A stretch of DNA of 64,000 bases from Octopus vulgaris (lineage: Eukaryota). The DNA lies in NCBI GenBank assembly GCA_951406725.2, contig OX597815.1:71858001-71922000 (forward strand). The letters run 5' to 3'. The translations under genes were made by a program, and so were the position numbers. Below, piece after piece: positions 53,361 to 64,000 of this stretch. The notes under the pieces are model-generated. The model was not told where the DNA came from, did no database searches, and saw only the letters and a list, made by a program, of their open reading frames with translations. The first letter of the stretch is position 1; each line of letters opens with the position of its first letter.

Positions 53361-56300
53361 TACATCTAAAAAATATCCTCACGTATTTTTTCCATTAGTG
53401 ACATGCATGTATATGCAAAATTAAAGCAGTCGTGACTCAAAAGGCTTTCTAAAAACCATCAAATACTCAATATGTTAAAAAGAAATTAGGAAAGTTTCGA
53501 AGCTCACAGGGAGCGCCTTCATGGCAAACCTATGATCCACGGCCCACTTGTAACTGACACCTGATATTAAATATGTACTTGGAATGTAAATATTTTGTAA
53601 ATTAACATAAACTAATGCTACGTAACCCAGCCTTAGGTGGGTTAGGTTTGGTTCTGGCAAGATTTCAATGACCGATATATGAATGCAAAATACAGAATCT
53701 CTTGCGTTAATGAATCCAGGGTGAAGTTGCTTTCGTGTGACGAAACACAACAGCGGTTAGTATATACACGTTCGAATCTGCCGGGACGCATTGGCAGTAA
53801 ATATACAAGTCTTCGGTACAAAATATGTGTTTTCAACAATGTCACTCAGTAAGGATTTTTTATAGACATTTTAAATCTAAATTAAAGAATTTCCCTTTTA
53901 TATTTGCTATTTCACATGGAGAAATTTATTTATTTATTTATTTATTTTACTAAATTAAATCAAAATGGCAACAAAAATTCATTACATGCAAATGTAGTAA
54001 AGTTTTCATTAAAAATGCGTGTTCTTTATTGTTAATTTACAGTGCCGCCATCTTTAATTTGCGGCCTAATTGAATTGAAAAAAAAAAAAGATGTGAAAGA
54101 ATGTGAGGTTTATTATATTAATTTGATTTTTTGTTTTTATTTTTAAAAAAACCTACCGATTGGTGTTCAATGAATTCTGTTCTTTAATTAGGTTAAAAAA
54201 TTGTGTAACTATAATAGTAGCATCCATCTTTTGAAAACTTTTAACTAATCTTATTAACTGCCTCACATAATAGGAAAATGTAATAACTAATGATGGCTGA
54301 CTGTATAACAAAGATTGGGGAAGTCACTTGAGGTGACTCATGTGGAAGAATAATGCACTCTGCATGTGTTGTAACTGTGATGCTGTGTACTAACAAACGT
54401 GTAAACTGCTGTAGCTGTTCATGGGAAATCTGTATTTTGAAAAAATCCCCAAAACAGTAATGTTAATAATTGTGCAAACTCAAATTTAATTTGAAATATA
54501 TTTATGAAGGCTTGCACCTAGAATTCAGAAATGAAAGAATTTGAAATTAAATATGATGTAGAAATAACATGTTACTATGATATTCGATCGATAGATCACC
54601 AAATTTATCTGATAACAAATTGCAGTGAAGAGAATTTACTTGAAAAGGTTAAGTTATGTGGAATAAAATATATGAGTTTAACGAAGAAAGTTATTACTCT
54701 GGCTTTGTGCAACGAGTTAATTGACGTCTTAAAATGTCAAAATTTTGGTTATTAGGTCTTGAAGTAACTGATATATAAGTGCAAACACCATTTTTTTTAA
54801 AGAATAATTCTTGTATCAGCAATAGGCTAAAGAAAACCTTTATAGAATTTTTTGAGAACGAAGAGCATTTATAAAAAAGATAACTGCATTGAACTTTGTA
54901 CCAGGTAAACAATGTTTGGAGACAACGTAATTCACTGTCTTCGAGATTCATAAATATGATTACAACTATAACATTTGTAAAATATTCATGCTACAGTTTG
55001 TGATTATCATATTGAAAGGCGTTTTTTTTTCTTTAATTTACCTGATACTAAGAAACTGAAAACTTGTTTAGCATCTGAGCACTTCATCAAAATGATTCAC
55101 AAGAAAATTTAATTCAGTAATAAATTATGGAAATACATACTACCAACAATTTTCTAACCAAACATGATTCTTTCGTTGGTCAGAAGGAATGCATACGAGT
55201 AATCCGTCAATAAAAATGGTAGGATCTCAATATGTACTTTATATCAGTTGTTGGAAAGGAAAATATATACTCGAAGACAAAACCAATGAACCATAGGCCC
55301 GGGAACAAGGGTGCAGATGGTGCAAGTGCACCTCCTAAAATTTTTGGTGGGCAATGAAAAAGCTTTGAACATCTCCTGAAAAAAATTCATCGTCAAAACG
55401 AACCAGCGCAGGTCGACTTTGCCTTTAATTTTTTAGGAGTCGATAAAATAAGGATATCAGTCGAGCACTTGGGTCGATGAAATCAACTTGCCTCCTCTCC
55501 TGGACTTGATGGCCTTGTTCTAAAATTAGAAATCATTATTGTACCTGCCTTTGCTTTGATATTAAAATTGAAAAAAATTGACCTTGTTTGTAAAAGAAGT
55601 TTGGACCTTGGGTGCACCCCTCTATGCAAATTTCGTTCCCGCACCTATGTAATGAACTTGATTTTCACGGACGTATTTTGAATTTCGTGTCAGTTAATGC
55701 AGCTTCTCAAGTTTTAAATCCCACCTTTTGTAAATCGTTTACATACCTCAAAGAGTTAAGGAATTTTATACAACTAAAAGTGTGCAGAGATTTCTGGCAA
55801 AGAAAAGATCCTCCGTACATTATCTAAATGCTAAAATTCGGGGAAGGGTTTGAATAGGATCTGAAATGCAGTAATTTATGTATAGGAAAAAAATAATAAG
55901 TTTTTTTCCACAAGGACAGCTTGAGGGAGGGGATTAAGTCGATTAAATCAACCCCAGTGCGTAACAGGTACCTTATATAATTGACACCACGAGGAATGGG
56001 CGCCACCAAGTCTACAAAAAACAATAAACAAAATTGAAATCATATGAATTTAGAAACTTTGGGAGAACGTGACATAATTCATTTTTTAGATGAAGATAAA
56101 CTGTGCATAACACTGTTAATAATAGCGGATAAATACTGAATTAAAAACCCTTTTGGATTGAAAAAGTCGAAGGCTCCTCATGGAATTCGAACCCACATCG
56201 TCTGTAAACATTTACATGCTCTTATCAATAGTTTAATCTTTTAGACGCTCTTATCAATCGTTAGCACCCCAGAAGCACTGCTTAGTGGCATTTCGTCCGT

Positions 56301-59300
56301 CTTTACGTTCTGAGTTCAAATGCCATCGAAGTCGACTTTGCTTTTCATCCTTTCAGGGTCGATAAAATAAGTACCAGTTGAGCCCTGGAGTCGATGTAGA
56401 CTTACCCGCTTTCCCGAAATTACTGACCTTGTACCAAAATCTCAAACCATTTTTAATTGCTTTATCTACCGTTAAAGAGTAAATAAATAAAATGCCTATG
56501 CTCATCATATGTCACAACAGCGCCCCTACAATTCCATTAATTAGTTAATTTTTGGCTCAAAACGCAAAAGGACCCAGAAGTAGGCAAAGCAAGGCCACTC
56601 CATATTAAATCGTTTCACTTTCCCTTTTTCCTTTTTATACTCACTTGATTTTAGATTGATCCCGCAGACTAGGGGTCTGCAACGATAGCACTGAAAAAAA
56701 AAGGCAAGAAAATACCTCTTTTTTTTATTATTCACACTATTTTCAATCAAAATTTTTGACAGACATTTCAAGACTTAAGTTGATTTATTGTTGTTTTGTT
56801 GACCTTACAAAGAATTATCGGTCAGTTCAGTTTAAGTAGAATCTGCGGTGCTGGAACAGTCGATCAAAGACTCAATTGAATGAACGTTCAAACCGTGACT
56901 GTTCTCTCTTTGTTGCTCTTCCAAGATTTATGATTGTAAAACATGTGGTTGCCATTTTAAAAGATGGCGGACACTTAGATGAGAATACTTGGTTATGCTG
57001 CTATTGAGCAGCTCTAGTGACTATAGAGAAGTCTTTGTGGTGGTTAAAAATATAAATTAAGTTTGGCAGGGGACTAATACCAGTAATTATTGCATTTGGG
57101 GTCAAGTGTGGAACCTTAGAACCTTCTAGGCGGGAAATTTTCTCAGTTCATTGCATCCAAATAACTACAGCTGAAGAAAAATAGTTCGTGTTATCCATTT
57201 ATCAGAACCGTGTGTGTGTGTGTGTGTGTGTGTGTTCATACTGAAATTTCATACAGAACTTTTTAGTGAAATAATCACATTTTCTAAAAGGCTCTTTCAC
57301 CTTCATTCAATCCTCTCTCTGACTTCCTCTTTCTTTTTCTCTCCCAGCCTCTCTCTCCCCTTCTCTCTCCCTTCATCTCCCCCTCTCTCTCTTCATCTCC
57401 CCCTCTCTCTCTCTGTATCCTTTCAAACGTTACTACTTTGTACTCCAATCGCAATGACAAGAAGAGAAATATCTTTTATTCTGAAATTAAGATGGCGATG
57501 ACGGTACAGTTGCTATGCTGGATTCACAATGTTTTAAAACATTTTTTCTCAATATTCCGGACTCCCTCCCCCACCTTCCTGCTCCTCCTTTCCTCCTCTT
57601 CCTCCTCTTCCTCCTCTACCTCCTCCTCCTCCTCTTCCTCCTCCTCCTGCATCTCCTCCTCCTCACCTCCTCATTCTCTTCTTTCTTCATGAAGGAGCTG
57701 AAGAATGAAAGAGACAGAAGAAAAAAAAGAAAAGAAAGAAACAAAGATAGAAAGCAAGAATTCCGAACTGATGTAGTGAAAAACAAAAACAAAGAAATAA
57801 AAACAAATAGAAGACATTTGCGTTGTATGTTTGTCAAAACTAAGAGTGGAATGAAAACCTCTAACTTTATAACGTTCGTGTTTGGTAGACAAAAGGACAT
57901 TTTATGAGTTTCATTTTATTTTTCTCTCCCTTGATTTTCTCTTTCTTCCCTCTTCCCGTGATTCTATCACGCAAACCAACAAAAATTAACAAAAGACTAC
58001 AATAGAAATATTACTTGAACAGTTACGAAGCCATTAGACTCATAACAGAAATCATTGACACTCGTCTTCCTAAATAAATCGTTTGTTATCATCACCAACC
58101 GATCATATATTTATTATTGCCATTATTGAGACAGTGCTAGGTTAGAACCATAGACTGACTAAATCACAGCAGGAAGGAATGATTGGACAAATAGACTTGC
58201 GTGTTTATCTTTCATCTTTTATCTTTCATTTGTTGCAGTCAGTGGACTGTGGCCATATTGGGGCACCGATCTGATGGCTGCAGTCCAGTGCTTCTCAACA
58301 TTTTTAAACTATGGGCCCCTTTGGTTCCAATTTTAGTCCACAGGACCCCCACCCAACCCAGCAGCCATTCGTTGTTTAAAAAATTCCTATTATATTTTTA
58401 TAATTAAATATTCTTTTCTACTCGAGGCACAAGGCCCGAAATTTTGAGGGAGGGGCCGGTTGATTAGATCTACCCCAGTACGCAACTGGTATTTAATTTA
58501 TCGACCCCGAAACGATGAAAGACAAAGTCGACTTCGGCGGAATTTGAACTCAGAACGTAGCGGCAGACGAAATACATATTTCTTTACTACCCACAAGGGA
58601 CTAAACACAGAGAGGACAAACAAGGACAGACAAACGGATTAAGTCGATTATATCGACCCCAGTGAGTAAGGATGAAAGGCAAATTCGACCTCGGCGGAAT
58701 TTGAACTCAGAACGTAGGATACCGGACGAAATAACGCGAATCATTTCGCTCGGCGTGCTAACGTTTCTTATTTCTTTATTGTCCACAAGGGACTAAACAT
58801 AGAGGGGACAAACAAGGAGAGACAAAGGGATTAAGTCGATTACATTGATTCTAGTGAGTAACTGGTACTTATTTAATCGACCCCGAAAGAATGAAAGGCT
58901 AAGTAGACCTCGGCGGAATTTGAACTCAGAACGTAGCGGCAGACGAAATACCTCTAAGCATTTCGCTCGACGTGCTAACGTTTCTGCCAGCTCGCCGCTT
59001 TTATGATTAAATATTATTAGGAATTGCATTAAAAAACTAAAATATTTTGTGTTGTACAAGTATAACCAATTTAATGCAGATAAGTTTTAGCAACAAAATT
59101 TTACATGGACCTACAGGGGCCATGTGGACCCCGGTTGAGAATCACTGATGTAATCGAACAAATCGACCCCGGAACTTATCTCTTTCTTTTTTTTTAAGTT
59201 CGGTACTTACTCTCTTTCTCTTTTTCTCTCTTTTACTTGTTTCAGTCATTTGACTGCGGCCATGCTGGAGCACCGCCTTTAATCGAGCAACTCGACCCCG

Positions 59301-60159
59301 GGACTTATTCTTTTGTAAGCCCAGTACTTATTCTATCGGTCTCTTTTGCCGAACCGCTAAGTAACGGGGACGTAAACACACCACCATCGGCTGTCAAGCA
59401 ATGCTAGGGGGACAAACACAGGCACACACACACACACACATATATATATACATATATACGACGGGCTTCTTTCAGTTTCCGTCTACCAAATCCACTCACA
59501 AGGCATTGGTCGGCCCGGGGCTATAGCAGAAGACACTTGCCCAATGTGCCACGCAGTGGGACTGAACCCGGAACCATGTGGTTGGTTAGCAAGCTACTTA
59601 CCACACAGCCACTCCTGCGCCTATATCGAGCTATTTTGCTGAACTGCTAAGATATGGGGACATAAACGAACCTCAGTAGATCCTGCCATAATATATTGGA
59701 TAATATGATTCTTTGGCTGAAAAAAAAAAGATAAAACAGAAAAAATAGCAAATTTGATGGTCATAGCTATGATGCTTGACCTGGGGTTAAACAATGACAA
59801 TAACAATGATTATACTGGTTATAAGAACCTTAATTATTGTAATTTTAACCTTCCTCATCATCATCGTCATTGTCCTTATCATCGTTGTCTTCATCATCAT
59901 TGTCCTCATCATTATTCTCATCGTCGTCGATGTCGTCACTGTCATGATGATGATCATCATCTTCATCATCATCATCATCATCTTCATCATCATCATCATC
60001 ATCACCGTCATTGTCGTTAACTATCATCATCGCCTTCATTCATCAACATCACCACCACCACCACCAACAACAACATGTCGCTTTTGTCAGCAACATTAGG
60101 TATAAAAACAAATGAAACTAGTTTGGAAGCCAGCCTGCGTCGGGATGACGTTCCTGTTA

Positions 60160-60232
<73 letters not shown>

Positions 60233-60248
60233 GGTGGCGGTAGTAGTA

Positions 60249-60296
<48 letters not shown>

Positions 60297-60630
60297 AAAC
60301 ACCGAGAGGGAAAAGAAAAGAGGGAGAATGAATAAATAAGATGGATGGAATGATGACTGTAAAAGTGCTTCTAATGGCTAGCAGGGGCTTGGCAAATCAT
60401 ATTTACTTAAGGATAAGGCACTTCAGTAATTTCACTAGCCTATTTCCCACACCACACTCAAACACACACACATAGACACACTCTCTCTCCGTCTCTCCAA
60501 ATACGCACTCACACACACACACACACGTAATGGGTTATAATATGTATGTATTTATGTATCGGTAAACAGAATCCAACGCGAAAGGTGAGGGTCTGCGTCA
60601 CATCAAGGTTTGAATTGATGTGTGTGTGTG

Positions 60631-60677
<47 letters not shown>

Positions 60678-60948
60678 GCTCACTAGATTATGTCAACGGT
60701 TTTCTTCACTTTTTATAATTCTTTTGAGTCGTGAAATGAAAAAAATAATAAATGATAAATAAATAATATAGATATCTCTTTTTAATATCTAAATTAGTTT
60801 CTTTCCATATTTACATTCATATCCAAATTGCTTGTCTTTTCTTGAGTGATCAATAAAGTAAGTGATACGCAAAAGGCATGTTCCATCAAATATATTCTAT
60901 AATCTGCCAACATTGGTGTTATACCCAGTCAACGACAACACACACACA

Positions 60949-60984
<36 letters not shown>

Positions 60985-60996
<12 letters not shown>

Positions 60997-61145
60997 CAGT
61001 ATGTGTGTGTATATTGACAAACGCATACATTTCCACAATTCTCAACCGATTTTCACCAAACTTTACACACACATTACTTATGTTCTAAGGATGGTCATGC
61101 ACTATAACATTTTATCTAGAACTCCAGCATAGATGGACAAACCCG
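60985..61145 (+). mobile_element. Probable Helitron-derived 5' fragment; similar fragment ~37850-37985(-)
   Basis: TATATAAAAG..TGTGTGTG..CAACCGATTTTCACCAAACTTT pattern resembling the 5' end of the 27.3-kb Helitrons. Confidence 0.4.
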
Positions 61146-62873
61146 GAAAACGGTGGTTTACAAGGGATTTTCTCTAATTCGTAGCCTGTACATAGTTTTT
61201 TTGTATGTAGGGTCTTCCATACTTTTTTAATCTATATGGTCGTACATTGGCTTTAGAGAATACGTTTTAGTGATTTTCACATTTTTTAAATTTATTATTT
61301 ATTCATATGTTGTAATTGTGTATTATTTCTTGGTTAGAGAATATTATAAAAGTGAAAGTATTTTGTCTGTTTATTTCGACTGTCCACCTGTTATTATTTA
61401 TTTATATGTTGTAACTGTATATTATCACTTGGTTAGAGAATATTCTTTTCTACTCTAGGCACAATGCCCGAAATTTTGGGGGAGGGGGTCAGTCGATTAG
61501 ATCGACTCCAGTACGCAACAGGTGATTATTTATTTATATGTTGTAACTGTAAATTTTTACTTGGTTGGAGAATATTCTTTTCTACTCTAGGCACAAGGCC
61601 CGAAATTTCGGGGGAGGGGCCACTCGATTAGATAGACCCCAGTACGCAACTGGTACTTAATTGATCGACCCCGAAAGGATGAAAGGCAAAGTCGACCTCG
61701 GCGGGATTTTGACTCAGTAAATACAGACGAAATACCGCTAAGCATTTCGCCTGGTGTGCTAACGTTTCTTATTTCTTTATTGCCCACAAGGGGCTAAACC
61801 TAGAGGGGACAAACAAGGACAGAGACCCCAGTGCGTAACTGGTACTTAATTTATCGACCCCGAAATGATGAAGGGCAAAGTCGACCTTGGCGGAATTTGA
61901 ACTCAGAACGTAACGGCAGACGAAATACCGCTAAGCATTTCACCCGGTGTGCTAACGTTTCTGCCAACTCGCCGCCTTTGGTTAGAGAATATTATAAAAG
62001 TGAAAGGATTTTGTCTATTTATTTATTTCTACTGTTCACCTGCGACGATTATTAAATTGACTAGGAATACTGTACACGATGAATATCCAATGCCAAACAA
62101 TCTTAATCTCCTTATTTAAACTGCATTAAACTTTGGCAAGCTTACCTTTACTTATTCTGAGTTACTTGAAACGTGATGTTCCCCCCTATCTTCTATTTGT
62201 TGATACCTTTGTTTATCTACCAATACGTTGTTCCACTTTAAGGATGCTTATTTACCTATCCATTATGATATTTAGAACGCGATATCTTTTCTCTGCGAAC
62301 TACTAAAGATTCAACGCAGTATTCATAAAATGAAGTCAAACTCTTCATGTCTTCATTTTACGTTACCTGAAGTCAATATCAGAGTGGTCATACACTGTAA
62401 GCAAGTAGAAAATATATTCCTTTAACTTTATATAATACCTACGAGTAGGTATTATATTGCTATTTTTTAACGTACCAATCATACTTCTCTCTGAAAAAAT
62501 AGTTCCCTTTGCTATTGAATAAACTAAACTTGCAGCGGGGAAGTTTCTACGCTTTCCTTCAATTGCCTTACACCATTTATGAGGCTGTTTCTGACAAGAA
62601 ATTTTGCTTTCATTTTGTAGTCATTATCCATAAAATACTCCCAAAACACTTCAGTAGTTCTACTTTGCTTTGCTTGCAAACTTATATGTTCTATGATCAT
62701 TAAAGTGCAACGACCTCCACAATAACCAGCCATCAATTTGGTTTTCTGTTCCTAGGTTAATCTGAAACGTAGATTGCCGTACTACCCATAAACCTTCTCG
62801 GTAGTCCAATTATTTGGTGAAAAAAAATACCACCAAAGCAACTTAAACCGTCCAAAGAACGGATGCGTTTGCT

Positions 62874-63170
62874 AGGACTCTCCCGTCGAAGACGACGTTT
62901 GAGCGTTCATCCTGCGCTTATGAGTGAACAACCTGCACAAAATGATTTGTTTACAGTGATAAAATGTTCGCGCCGTACATTCTCCATCACTCTCTCCATC
63001 ACATTGACGTTGCCTGAACAGGTGCTCTGTGTGTGACGCGTCAGGTGCTGAAGTGATCGTAGAATAACTTGAGGTTTTTTCCTCAAGAACACAACGCATC
63101 AACTAGTCTAAGAATTGAACTCCCGATCTAGCGATCGTGAGTGAAACCCCCTAAGCACAAGGCCATGCGC

Positions 63171-63220
<50 letters not shown>

Positions 63221-63221
63221 A

Positions 63222-63273
<52 letters not shown>

Positions 63274-63500
63274 GGACTCTCCCATCGTTAGACGACATAT
63301 GAGGGTTCGGCAATTTCTTGCCGAACAACCACACAGATCACATGTACAGTAGCACCGTGAGCCACATGACAAAATGATCACAGAGCAACGTGAAATGAAG
63401 TGCTTTGCTCAAGAACACAACACAACGCTCGGTTTGGGAATCGAACACACGATCTAGCAATTGTGAGTGCAACACCCTAACCACTAACCCATGCACCTTC
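62874..63500 (-). mobile_element. Two copies of tRNA-derived SINE family C (62874-63172, 63273-63500)
   Basis: Head TGGGTTAGTGGTTAGG...GTTCGATTCCC, core GTTGTGTTCTTGAGCAAAGCACTT, shared end CGAYGGGAGAGTCC. Confidence 0.75.
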
Positions 63501-63502
63501 AT

Positions 63503-63541
<39 letters not shown>

Positions 63542-64000
63542 TAAATATATATGTGCGTGTGTGTGTGTAAACACATTAGGGATGCGCCAAGAAAGGAAAA
63601 TTTGAGCCATTAGAAGAACTGCTCGATATCACCAAAGTCCACAGTGAAAAGCTCAATGCTGATAACAAAAAATTGTACTCCATCCAGCTTCAAAGCAAGG
63701 GCAAAGTGGGCTATTCGACAGGTAAAGCTGCAAGCAAGCACACTATCCATCTTTCCAAGAGATGCTGAAGCCTCCCATTATTTATCAAACCCAAGGCCCT
63801 GGGTACTGACAAGTGACTCTGAAGAAGATATTGAAAAGTACAATTATGGTGAAGATGACAGAGTTGATTAAAATGATAGTGATAGTGGTGGCTCTTATTC
63901 CTTCACAAGAAGTCGCAAGGAATCTGAAATTGCTACGAGACTTGTGACTGGTACAGACGTCTCTGCCAACATAGCTTCGAAAATCTGAAAATAGTTGTCA

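Noticed and set aside
53580-53600. TGGAATGTAAA matches the 5' half of miR-1
   Set aside because: The 3' half does not match and I see no precursor hairpin

Overview
Eukaryotic, AT-rich, microsatellite-dense DNA. The SINE and repeat content looks like Octopus (recognised from memory, not searched). I can support no host protein-coding gene, and most ORFs in the supplied track are microsatellite artefacts. 1-8520 is a head-to-tail nest of Tx1/L1-clade elements: two ORF1-only elements, one near-intact ORF1+ORF2 Tx1 LINE with a 13-bp TSD, and an older ORF1 remnant that is the insertion target. 9446-13612 is a Ty3/Gypsy LTR element with an intact TSD but a doubly inverted, RT-deleted interior. The rest is tRNA-derived SINEs, Penelope-like remnants and mini-elements with hammerhead-ribozyme motifs in (TA)n tracts, non-autonomous Helitrons, R4/Dong-like and RTE LINE fragments, and Tc1/mariner remnants. 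Best candidate for an undescribed system: the Tx1 LINE, the ORF1-only elements and an abundant SINE share one 3' terminus (GCCCCTTGTGGGYAATAAAGAAAT), suggesting one RT serves three cargo classes and builds head-to-tail multimers. Second: a dense set of hammerhead mini-elements, including a family with a non-canonical core. Alignments were done by eye; coordinates of degraded repeats are approximate.
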